Shown piece after piece: positions 39,097 to 49,000 of a DNA stretch of 64,000 nt. The notes below the pieces were generated by a model. That model was not told where the DNA came from, searched no databases, and saw only the letters and a program-made list of their open reading frames with translations. Every line of letters begins with the position of its first letter. The stretch's first letter is position 1. The position numbers and the translations under genes are program-made. This DNA comes from Pirellulales bacterium (lineage in GTDB: Bacteria > Planctomycetota > Planctomycetia > Pirellulales > JAICIG01), in NCBI GenBank assembly GCA_040901675.1, contig JBBDYJ010000014.1, positions 101,418 through 165,417 of the forward strand, given 5' to 3'.

Positions 39097-39512
39097 ATGA
39101 ACGCCACGATGCCAGGATTACTGGCGGCCAACCAGTTCCAGCGCTTCCGCGAGCTGTTGCGGCTCTTGGCCGCCTTGCGGGACATCAGCGAGCCGCTGAC
39201 AACGCCCGAGGGGCTCAAGAAGGCGATCGCCACGCTGCTGGAGCTGGCGGTTTTTCTGGGATTGGACCGGGAACTGGTGGAACGAATCCGGTCGATTCTC
39301 TCCGACGACGCGTCTTCCAGCTCGTGCTGGCCATCGTCGGCTATCTGGCCGGCCTGCTGCGGCTGGAGGGCGAGACGGGCGACGGCCGGCTGCGGCTGAC
39401 GGCCGTCGACGGCCAGAGCGAATTCAACGTGGAAACAAGAGGTTTTCTTGAGTGGCTGCCGTTTGTCCTGCAACTGATCGAACTGATTCGAAGGCTGCGC
39501 CTGGAAGCTTGA
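39097..39512 (+). pseudogene. Helical amphipathic protein split by a frameshift near 39310
   Basis: Frame A ...VERIRSILSDDA joins frame B VFQLVLAIVGYLAG...FLEWLPFVLQLIELIRRLRLEA*, whose stop overlaps the protease ATG (TGATG). Confidence 0.7.
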
Positions 39513-40582
39513 TGCAAGCCGAAGTGTTTGGGAGCCCCGCCATGCGGCGAGAACCGATTTACCGCCTGCCCCCCTACCGCACCGAAATGGTGCTCAAGGC
39601 GCTGGCCGAGACGATCGACTGGGGCCTGTCGCTCTACGGTGTGCCGGACCTGTGGAAGGCGAGCCGGGGGAGCGGCATCCGCGTGGCCATATTGGACACG
39701 GGCATCGACGACGCCCATCCCGATCTGGCGGAAGTGGTGGTCGAAGCCCGCGACTTTAGCCGGTCGCCGCTCGCCTGGCGGGATCACGTGGGACACGGAA
39801 CCCACGTCGCCGGGGTCGTGGCGGCCCGGCAGAACGACATCGGCGTGGTCGGCATCTGCCCCGGCCTGTCGGCTGGCGGAGGAGGCCTGTTGGTGGCCAA
39901 GGTGCTCGCCGACGACGGGGCAGGCTTGGAAAACTGGGTCGCGGCCGGGATCGACTGGGCGATCCAGCAAAACGCCCACATCATCAGCATGAGCCTCGGC
40001 AGCCCGTCGCCGGGCGACCAGATGCTCGCGGCCATTGGCCGGGCGCTTGCACAAGGGATCTTTGTCATCTGCGCGGCTGGCAACAACGGGGCCGACGACT
40101 CGGTCGATTATCCGGGCCGCTACAGCGAAACGATCGCCGTGGCAGCCGTGGATCGGCATGGGCGCGTGGCCCCCTTTTCCAGCCGAGGCGAGCAAGTTGA
40201 TATTGCGGCACCCGGCCAGGATGTGCTGTCGACTTACCCTGGCAGCCGCTATGCCAAGCTGAGCGGCACGAGCATGGCCACGCCGTTTGTGACCGGAGTG
40301 GTGGCGCTAATGCTCTCCAAGCACCGCCAGCAAGGGGGCAAGACACCGATCAACACGGTCGGCCAGTTGCGCGAGCACCTGGCCCGCACGGCGGACGACG
40401 CCGGTTCGCCGGGCAAGGACCCGGCCTACGGCTATGGCTTGATCAACCCAAGGAGCATGTTGACCGACATTGCACCGCCGGAACCGCCCCCATGGGCGGG
40501 GCTGAGGTGGGATGTGGAGATAGGCGGCGAGCCGGCGGCCTTTGTCCTTGTGCCACGCGACGCCAACCTGACGTTTAGTTGA
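39512..40582 (+). CDS. S8 family subtilisin-like serine protease without signal peptide
   Basis: Catalytic motifs VAILDTG, HGTHVAG, GTSMATP; oxyanion AAGN; YGYGLI. Confidence 0.95.
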   Translation: MQAEVFGSPAMRREPIYRLPPYRTEMVLKALAETIDWGLSLYGVPDLWKASRGSGIRVAILDTGIDDAHPDLAEVVVEARDFSRSPLAWRDHVGHGTHVAGVVAARQNDIGVVGICPGLSAGGGGLLVAKVLADDGAGLENWVAAGIDWAIQQNAHIISMSLGSPSPGDQMLAAIGRALAQGIFVICAAGNNGADDSVDYPGRYSETIAVAAVDRHGRVAPFSSRGEQVDIAAPGQDVLSTYPGSRYAKLSGTSMATPFVTGVVALMLSKHRQQGGKTPINTVGQLREHLARTADDAGSPGKDPAYGYGLINPRSMLTDIAPPEPPPWAGLRWDVEIGGEPAAFVLVPRDANLTFS

Positions 40583-40723
40583 GGCCTGATGTAGTACGAA
40601 ATTGAGGTAGTGGAACTCGGCAGAGTTCCGTGATGTGGTCCACTCGCTCCGCGAGTGGTCGTGAAGACGATTTTTCCAACAACCAAGCGCAGGGATCGCA
40701 CTGCGCGCATAGGTATGTAAACC

Positions 40724-43700
40724 GTGGACGTGAAACGACTCATCCTGCGAACGTTCCAGAGCCCGGGCGACGTGGTATTGCTGACGGGCGCCGTGCGCGA
40801 TCTGCACCTGGCCAACCCCGGGCGCTTCGAGACCGACGTGCGCACCTCGGCCCCGGCGATCTGGGAACACAACCCTCGCCTCACGCCGCTGGGCGAAGGG
40901 GACTCCGGCGTGGAAGTGCTGGAAATGCACTATCCGTTGATCCACGAGAGCAACCAGCGGCCGCTGCACTTCATCCACGGCTACCCGCAATACCTGGAAC
41001 AAGTTCTCGCGGTGAAGGTTCCCGTGACCGCCTTTCGCGGGGACATCCACCTTACCGCCGAAGAAATGCAGGAGCTGCCGTGGCTAAACGGCGAGCCTTT
41101 GAGCCCCGGCGCCCCGTTTTGGATCGTCGTTGCCGGCGGCAAGTACGATTTCACGGCCAAGTGGTGGAACCCCGAGAGGTTTCAGCAGGTGGTGGATCAC
41201 TTCGCCGGCCGCATCCAGTTCGTGCAGTGCGGCGAGCAAGGCCACTGGCACCCGCGCCTCAATCGCGTCATCGACCTGGTCGGCAAGACCACGCTCCGGG
41301 AATTCATCCGGCTGGTTTACCACGCCGACGGCGTGCTCTGTCCCGTGACGCTGGCCATGCACCTGGCGGCCGCCGTGCCTGCCCGGCCCGGCGGGCCGCC
41401 AAGGAGGGCCTGTGTCGTCGTGGCCGGCGGCCGCGAGCCGGCGCACTGGGAAGCCTACCCGAACCACCAGTTCATCAGCACGACGGGATCCCTTCCGTGC
41501 TGCTCGAGCGGCGGCTGCTGGAAGTCGCGCTGCCAGTTGGTGGGCGACGGCGACCAGAAAGACCGCACGGACGTTTGCGAAAGGCCCGTCCAGCTCACGG
41601 CCGAACTGCGAATCCCAAGCTGCATGCAGATGATCTCCGCCGCCGACGTGATCCGCAGGATCGAGATGTACTACGAGGGGGGAGCGCTCCGCTATGCAGC
41701 CCGCACGCAGGCCACGGACGAGACCGCCAAGCTGAACGGCGCCCCGCCAACCGCTCTGGGCCGCTCGGCCGTCGAACCGGCCGGCCAAACTCAGACAGGT
41801 CAGCGCGTGCTGATCGAGTTCCGGCACGGCCTGGGCGATTCGGTCCAGCTCACCAGCCTGCTGGCCCACCTGAAGCACTACCACCCCGATTGGGCGATCG
41901 ACGTGGCGGCCCTGGTCGGCAAGCAGTCGATCTACACGGGCCAGTGCAATTCGGTCCAGGTCCTTGATCGCGACACGATCGACCAGGACGCCTATCAAAG
42001 CGTCTACAACCTCGATTGGCCGGAGTGCCATACCTGTTACCAAGAATGGCCGAGCACCAAGGCCGAGCGCTGTCTGCGGGAAGTTTTTAACCTGCTGCCC
42101 ATTCCCGCCTTGTGCCGCTACCGGATCGACATCGGCCAGACAGCACGGCAGGCCGCCCGCCAATACCTGGCCGGCATCAGCGGCTCGGACCGGGCCGGCG
42201 GCAGTGGCGAAAAATTTCCGACCGTTCTGATCCATTACCAGGGGAATACGTCGGGCGACACCAAGGACCTGTCGCACGACCTGGTCCGCCAGGTCTGCGC
42301 CGACTTGCTGTCGGCCGCTTACGTGCCGGTCATTCTCGATTGGGACAACCGCAGCCCGCTCGCCGATGGGCGGCGGATCCATAACCCGGGGGCAAGCCAC
42401 GAGCTTTGGAAGGGCGTCGGGACAGGTGACGCCGAGGTCATGGCGGCATTAATTGCGGCATCGGCGCTGGTGATCGGCGTCGACAGCGGACCGCTGCACG
42501 CGGCCGGCGCCACCGCCACGCCCACCATCGGCGTGTGGACCGGTCATCACCCGCTGCACTACTTCGGCCATGCCGACAACGTGCTGCACCTGGTGCCCCA
42601 GCAACATGCCGGTCTGCTGCGCGCCGACCCGGCCGCCGGCAGCGAGTATTTTGCGAGTCACTACCGACATGAGACGTACACCAACCTCGAACAGTCGCTT
42701 CGCAAACTGGTCTGGCGGCACCTGCCGGCGGACAGCGATGGCCTGGTCCGGTCCGGCGGCTTCTGGATCCGCCGCGACAATGCCCTGCAGGACCTCGTGA
42801 TCGTCAAGGACATCGCCGAGCAGGATTCGTACAGGATCGCCGAGTTTTCGTTGACATCTGCTGGAGCGGACTTATCGGGGCCACTGGTAATCGACGTCGG
42901 AGCGCACATCGGCGTTTTCAGCCGGGCGCTGGTTGCGCGGTGGCCGGATGCGCGGGTGATCACGGTCGAATGCTGCCCGGAGAACATACCGGCGCTCAAG
43001 CGCAACGTGGGGCCATTCGCGCAAGTGGTGCAGGCGGCCCTGACCTACCAGGCCGACGTGGCCCTCTTGAACGCTGTCTATCCCGACTGCGTTTCCACCG
43101 GCGGCAGCACGATCATCGAGCGCGGCGCGTTGGAAGCTCGGATCGAGCCCGCACGCGCTGCCTCCGATACATCCGGCGTCACCCGCCTCGGCGAATACTG
43201 GGCCGATCTCCGGCAGATCCGAACGATCACGCTCGAAGAGATTCTCGATCAGCACGGCCTGGATCACATCGACGTGCTGAAGCTGGATTGCGAAGGGAGC
43301 GAGTTCTCGATCCTCGAGAACACCGCGTCGCTCGAGCGAATCGGGCTGATCGTCGGCGAATACCATGGCCGCGAGCGGTTCCACGAGCTGGTCGCCCGGC
43401 GGTTTGGCGGCTGGGAGCTTCGGATCCTCAACGACGGCGACCCCGGCACGTTCTGGCTCATCAATCCCGCCCGTCGTAGCGTAGGCTTGCAGCCTGCGAA
43501 CAGTAGGGTAGGCATCCTGCCTGCCCGTAGCGAGCCTCCGAACCGCGAATCCGCCGATGCGGCGAGCGGATTCAGTAACGCAGCGCGCGAAAACGACAAC
43601 GCAGGCTGGAAGCCTACGCTACCAAGCGCCGACGACTTCTGGGCCGGCTTCCAAAAAATCCTGCACCCCATCGACCTCCCGGTCGACAAATCGTGGCGCC

Positions 43701-44431
43701 GCTACTACGGCACGCTGTTTGAACTGGCCGGAAAACTCAAGCCTCGCACGATCTGCGAGATCGGCGTGCGGGCCGGCTATTCCGCCTACGCTTTCCTCTC
43801 TGCCAACCCCGATGCCTGGATGCTCGGCATCGATGCCGATATCGACGAGCGCCTTAAGAACAGTCATGGCGGGCAGCGCGGCATGTGGCAACACGCCTCC
43901 ACAATTTTGGCTCCGTTTCGCCACCAGTTGCTCGTCGTCGATTCGCATGCCATCCAGCGGCTGCCGCACGTCGACCTGGTGTACGTGGATGGGGACCACA
44001 CCTTGGATGGCTGCCTGGCCGATCTCCGGCTGGCGGAGGCCTCGACCGATCGGATCCTGGTGGACGACTACGACTCGATTCCGACGGTCCACGCGGCCTG
44101 CGAAAAGTTCGCCGCGGATCATCCCGAGTTTTCCAGGCGATACATCGACAACGGCTTGACGGGGCTGATGCTCTTTGAGCGCGCGGCCCAGGAGGCGGTG
44201 TCCCGGGTGGATCGGCCAAAGCGTTCGCGCGCGCCAGCGACAGTGACGATCGACGGCGAGCGGGTCGCTTTGTCGGCCGATTATTCGCTCTTGTTCGTCG
44301 AGCACGCCGATGGTGAAGCAACACCGGTCCTCTACCACCGCGGCAAACGAGTGACCAAGAGTTGGTCCATCGAGCTCGACCACCAGCAGCCGGCCGACCC
44401 CTGGGGAATCTCCGGAGGGAGGGAATCATGA
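40724..44431 (+). CDS. Fusion protein: GT9 heptosyltransferase-like x2, FkbM methyltransferase and class I (Methyltransf_24-like) methyltransferase
   Basis: QSPGDVVL...TLAMHLAAA (GT9-a); HGLGDSVQ...IGVDSGPLHAAGA (GT9-b); VIDVGAHIG...IDVLKLDCEGSE (FkbM); ICEIGVRAGYS...DLVYVDGDH...ILVDDY. Confidence 0.88.
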   Translation: MDVKRLILRTFQSPGDVVLLTGAVRDLHLANPGRFETDVRTSAPAIWEHNPRLTPLGEGDSGVEVLEMHYPLIHESNQRPLHFIHGYPQYLEQVLAVKVPVTAFRGDIHLTAEEMQELPWLNGEPLSPGAPFWIVVAGGKYDFTAKWWNPERFQQVVDHFAGRIQFVQCGEQGHWHPRLNRVIDLVGKTTLREFIRLVYHADGVLCPVTLAMHLAAAVPARPGGPPRRACVVVAGGREPAHWEAYPNHQFISTTGSLPCCSSGGCWKSRCQLVGDGDQKDRTDVCERPVQLTAELRIPSCMQMISAADVIRRIEMYYEGGALRYAARTQATDETAKLNGAPPTALGRSAVEPAGQTQTGQRVLIEFRHGLGDSVQLTSLLAHLKHYHPDWAIDVAALVGKQSIYTGQCNSVQVLDRDTIDQDAYQSVYNLDWPECHTCYQEWPSTKAERCLREVFNLLPIPALCRYRIDIGQTARQAARQYLAGISGSDRAGGSGEKFPTVLIHYQGNTSGDTKDLSHDLVRQVCADLLSAAYVPVILDWDNRSPLADGRRIHNPGASHELWKGVGTGDAEVMAALIAASALVIGVDSGPLHAAGATATPTIGVWTGHHPLHYFGHADNVLHLVPQQHAGLLRADPAAGSEYFASHYRHETYTNLEQSLRKLVWRHLPADSDGLVRSGGFWIRRDNALQDLVIVKDIAEQDSYRIAEFSLTSAGADLSGPLVIDVGAHIGVFSRALVARWPDARVITVECCPENIPALKRNVGPFAQVVQAALTYQADVALLNAVYPDCVSTGGSTIIERGALEARIEPARAASDTSGVTRLGEYWADLRQIRTITLEEILDQHGLDHIDVLKLDCEGSEFSILENTASLERIGLIVGEYHGRERFHELVARRFGGWELRILNDGDPGTFWLINPARRSVGLQPANSRVGILPARSEPPNRESADAASGFSNAARENDNAGWKPTLPSADDFWAGFQKILHPIDLPVDKSWRRYYGTLFELAGKLKPRTICEIGVRAGYSAYAFLSANPDAWMLGIDADIDERLKNSHGGQRGMWQHASTILAPFRHQLLVVDSHAIQRLPHVDLVYVDGDHTLDGCLADLRLAEASTDRILVDDYDSIPTVHAACEKFAADHPEFSRRYIDNGLTGLMLFERAAQEAVSRVDRPKRSRAPATVTIDGERVALSADYSLLFVEHADGEATPVLYHRGKRVTKSWSIELDHQQPADPWGISGGRES
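43476..43622. repeat. REP-like inverted pair embedded in frame in the fusion linker
   Basis: GTAGCGTAGGCTTGCAGCCTGC (43476-43497) and GCAGGCTGGAAGCCTACGCTAC (43601-43622), 21/22 complementary; a third variant near 43503. Confidence 0.85.
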
Positions 44432-46005
44432 AACAGATTCTGTTCGATCAACTGACCAACCACCTCGATCGCATCGGGCGCCCCCGCATCTTCGTGCTGG
44501 GGGACTTGATGGTCGATCAGTACACCTGGGGCACGGCCCGGCGTGTCAGCCCGGAGGCCCCGGTGCTCGTGCTGTTGGCCGAAAACGAAGAGGCGCGTGC
44601 GGGAGGGGCGGCCAGCGTGGCGGCCCTGTTGGCGGCCCTGGACGCGGATGTCGTGGCCGCCGGTGTCCTGGGGGACGACGCCGGCGGCCGGCTGGCGCGG
44701 CGGATGATGTCCGAGGCGGGCATCGACCAGGCCGGCGTCTTAGCGGATCCAAGCCGCCCCACAACGCTCAAGCAGCGCTTTCTGGGCCGGGCCGGCAACC
44801 AGTCCGCCGCAGGCGGACACCAGGTGCTGCGGGTCGACCGCGAGACGCGGCAACCGCTGTCACCGGACACCGAGCGCGGCCTGAAGAACTTTGTGCGGCG
44901 GCGAATCGCCGGCTGCCAGGCCTTGCTCATTTCCGACTACGACAAAGGGGTTTGCACGCCTGGGCTCGTGTCCGAGGCGATCGCTGCCGCCCGCGACTTG
45001 AAGCTGCCGGTGCTCGTCGATCCGCCCCGCCCCAGCTCGTCGCCGCGGGAGCACTATGGCCGCTACCGAGGAGCGAGCCTGCTAAAACCCAACCGTTTGG
45101 AAGCCGAGTTGGCCACGGGGCGCAAGATCTTGGGACCAAGCGACGCCTTGCAGGCTGGCCGGGAACTGTGCCGAGCATGCCACGTCGAAGCCACGTTGGT
45201 GACGCTCGACGCCGAAGGCATGGCGCTGGCGATAGCCGACAAACCCGGCTGGGTTGTTCCGGCGGCTGTCCAAAATATCCGCGACGTGACGGGCGCCGGC
45301 GACATCGTACTCGCGATGCTAGGTCTCTGCCTGGCGGCCGGCTGTGCGCTGCCGGAGGCCGCGCGGCTGGCCAACGTGGCGGCCGGACTGGAAGTGCAAA
45401 AGGTTGGCGTCCAGGCGGTGAGCCGGGGCGAGATTCGAACCCAGCTCGATGCCCTCTTGGAACCACGCCGTTCAACGCCGCTACGTTCGTCTCTGGCCGC
45501 ACCGATGCGAAACAGGGCTACACCCTGCTCGAAGATCCTGACGTTGGACGAAGCGGTACGGCGCGTGGCCCAACATCGCCGAAACGGCCAAAGAATCGTC
45601 TTCACCAACGGCTGTTTCGACATCCTGCACGCCGGCCACGTGAGCTACCTCCACGAGGCCGCGGCCCTGGGCCACGTGCTGCTGGTGGCAATCAACAGCG
45701 ACGCCAGCGTGCGGGCCCTCAAGGGCTCCGGGCGGCCCGTCAACCGCCAAGCCGAGCGGGCGGCCGTGTTGGCCGCGCTGGCCTCGGTCGACTACGTGGT
45801 CGTCTTCGATGAGCCAACGCCTCACGAGCTGCTCTTCCGGCTTCGGCCGGAACTCTTGGTCAAGGGGGGCACGTACCTGATCGAGGAGGTGGTGGGCCGC
45901 GAGATCGTCGAAGGCTATGGCGGCCAGGTCCTCGTCCTCGGTTGGACCGAAGGGGTCTCAACTTCCCGAATCCTGGCGTCCGTCAATGGGGCATCCAGAA
46001 CGTGA
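44428..46005 (+). CDS. hldE: Bifunctional heptose 7-phosphate kinase / heptose 1-phosphate adenylyltransferase
   Basis: VLGDLMVDQY, RVSPEAPV, ISDYDKG, DVTGAGD, VFTNGCFDILHAGHV, NSDASV..LKG..RP, STSRI; ATGA overlap with the fusion gene. Confidence 0.95.
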   Translation: MKQILFDQLTNHLDRIGRPRIFVLGDLMVDQYTWGTARRVSPEAPVLVLLAENEEARAGGAASVAALLAALDADVVAAGVLGDDAGGRLARRMMSEAGIDQAGVLADPSRPTTLKQRFLGRAGNQSAAGGHQVLRVDRETRQPLSPDTERGLKNFVRRRIAGCQALLISDYDKGVCTPGLVSEAIAAARDLKLPVLVDPPRPSSSPREHYGRYRGASLLKPNRLEAELATGRKILGPSDALQAGRELCRACHVEATLVTLDAEGMALAIADKPGWVVPAAVQNIRDVTGAGDIVLAMLGLCLAAGCALPEAARLANVAAGLEVQKVGVQAVSRGEIRTQLDALLEPRRSTPLRSSLAAPMRNRATPCSKILTLDEAVRRVAQHRRNGQRIVFTNGCFDILHAGHVSYLHEAAALGHVLLVAINSDASVRALKGSGRPVNRQAERAAVLAALASVDYVVVFDEPTPHELLFRLRPELLVKGGTYLIEEVVGREIVEGYGGQVLVLGWTEGVSTSRILASVNGASRT

Positions 46006-46068
46006 ACCAGTAACTTTTGGAAAAGTCTTTTCAATCCTAATCACTTTTTGAACGAAGGATCCCGAACC

Positions 46069-49000
46069 ATGCCAACCATTCCACAGTGCGACAACCTGGT
46101 CCTGCCGAGCAAGCTCTATGCCGAGGTGGGCTCCTGCGGCACGAACACGATACCGCTCAGTTGGAGCGGTTCTGGCTGGAGCGGCTCGGGACCGTTCGGC
46201 AATACTGGCCGGACCATCACGCTCAGGATCCACTGGAACTCAACCAACTTCCTGCTGGACTACTCGTTCAGCGACAATTGCTTCCACGGCGAGAACGCGC
46301 CTGCCGCCCCGATTTGCCCCACCGAGCTCAACGACTTCATCGTCGGCTGGTCCCTGACCATCCAGGCGAGCTGCTGTGATATGCAGGATAGCGAGCCGTC
46401 CGTCGTGATGAACGTGAAAGTCACGCTCAACGGCGCGCTGCCGCGTCCCTCGGCCCCCACGTCCGGCTGCGAGTGCGAGTGCGAGGGGGATTGCGAGTGC
46501 CAGTGTGACGACGAGTGCGATCCCAACACGGTCGGAGCCGGCTCGTCGGAAAACCCCGGCCGGATCAAGGAGATGAGCAGCGGCCCCATCCGCTATTCCA
46601 CCGGCGAGGTCGTGCTCAACGCCACCGACTTGACGGTGGGCGGTTTCGGCATGCCCTGGCGGCATCGCCGCAGCTTCGCCAGCCGCATGACCTTCAACGA
46701 CGACCAGGGACAGGGCTACAACTGGCAGATGGAAACCTGGCCGTACCTGGTCCGCCGCGCCGGCGGCGGCCTGACGGCCATGGGCCGGGCCAACCAGACG
46801 ATCTGGTTCGACAAAAGCGGATCCAGCTACGTCGCCCGCTACGGCGTCAAGGCCACGCTGGTCCATGACACGGCCGCCAACGTGTACCGGATGACCGACA
46901 CCAAGGGAGGAGTCACCGAGTACGACGACGTCGAGCTGGTCTTTTTCCGCTACGTCGATCCGGCCGGCCACGAGACCAAGGCTGTCTCGTACAGCGGCGA
47001 GAACATCACCGAAGTGCAGCGGGTCTACGATGACGGCGCGGGCAACCAAACGACGGAATCGTTCCTCTACAGCTACGTAACCGGCGCCGATTTCCTCCGC
47101 CGGATATCGTCGGTCACCGTCCGCCGCAAGGTGAACGCGGGCGACTGGACCAACGTCCGGAAGGTCGTCTACGCCTATTACGGCGACGGAGAGCCCCACG
47201 GCGCGGTGGGCGATCTAAAAACGGTCACGCCGCAGGCCTGGGAAGACGCGGCCTGGGCCAACCTGGGCACGAGCTACTACCGCTATTACAAGCACCCGCT
47301 GAAGGGTTCTTCCTCTTCGTCCAGCTCCAGCGCCTCCTCGTCGAGCTCGTCTTCCTCGTCGAGCGGCCCCAGCACGATCGGGCTGGCCCACCTGCTCAAG
47401 TACGTGGTCAACCCGGACTCCTTCGCCCGCTTGTCGGCCGACCCGAACGTGAGCGACCCGCTGGCGGCCAGCGACGCGATCGTGGCCCAATACGCCGACA
47501 ATTATTTTGCGTACGACACCAGCCGGCGGGTGACGACCGAGATGCTCCAGGGGGGCACGCGGACGTACACGTATGCCTACGCCGAGAGCGGCTTTGCCGA
47601 CGGCGTTAACAACTGGAAGTTCAAGACCACCGAAACCATCCCCGGCGGCGCGCAGAACGTCGTCTACGCCAACTACGCCGGCCAGGTCATGCTCTCGATA
47701 CTCAAGGACGGCACGGACGAGTGGCGGCGGTTCTACAAGTACAGCTCGAATTTCCGCGTCATGCTCAAGGCGCTTCCATCGGCCGTAACCGGCCACAGCG
47801 AGGCCGCGGCCGATCTGTTGAACTCGCAATCGGGCAACTATCAATACCTGGCCGACTCGGTCGGTTTGATCCACGTCTTCGATTACCACGCCGCCAGCGG
47901 CCAGGTCTCGGCCGAGCGGATCAAGAAGGGGGAGCTTGGCACCGAGAACAAACTCTGGGAGCGGCAGTACCTGACGTACACCGAGCAGGGAAGCTCAAGC
48001 AGCTCAAGCTCGAGCAGCTCGAGCTCGTCGAGCTCTTCCTCGTCATCCTCTTCTTCCACGTCGGGCGGTGCGCCCGCGCGGACCGTGTATCCGATCTCGA
48101 AGTTGATCGAGTACCCCGACGACATTGACACCGACCCGACGCAGGCGAAGAAGATCGAGACGTCGTTTGCGTACACTTGGTTTCCTGGCACGGTGGCCAT
48201 CCAGGAGCGGACCACCACTTGGCCCGTGATTCCAACTGCCCAGAACGGCTCGGGTGTCGCAGCAACGCGTACCGAGCGGTTCGATGCGTATGGAAACCTC
48301 ATTTGGAGCAAGGACGAGCGTGGTTTTCTCACGCGACGGCAGTATGACCTGCCAACCGGAGCGCTCGTTCAAGAGATCGCCGACGTCGACACGGCCCAGA
48401 CGGCGGATGAGCCGTCCGGCTGGTCAACACCATCCGGTGGGGGACTCCACCTCGTCACTGATCACGGCTTCGATTCGCTTGGCAGGATGACCCAGCAGCT
48501 CGGACCATCGCACACCGTCGATATCGGTGGCGTGGCGACGACCATTCGAAGCGCTTCGTGGATCGTCTACAAGGACAGCTCGTTCCAGCAGTGGTCGGCT
48601 CGAGGCTACGCGACCGGCAGCGCACCGAACTACACCTACACGCTCGTCAACCCAGTGACCATCTCGAAGTTCGACCAGGTCGGCAAGACGATGGAGAGCA
48701 TCCAGGCGACTCGGGGCTCGACGTCCGGGAAACTCTCGGCGGGCGACAGCTTCGCGCAATCGTCGTATGTCCGTTGGACGACGCACCAGTACACCGACTG
48801 CTGCAAGCTGGCTTCGACTCGGGTCTACCACACGATTCCATCGTCTGGAGCTGGCTCGAGCGGCACCAACTACGACCAGACCGAGTTCGGCTACGATCTG
48901 TTGAACCGTCGGAATCGGACGGTGTCTCCGGGCGGCACGATCACGAAGACAGTCTTCGATGTCCGTAAGCTGCCCACCCAGGTATTGGTCGGAACAAGCG

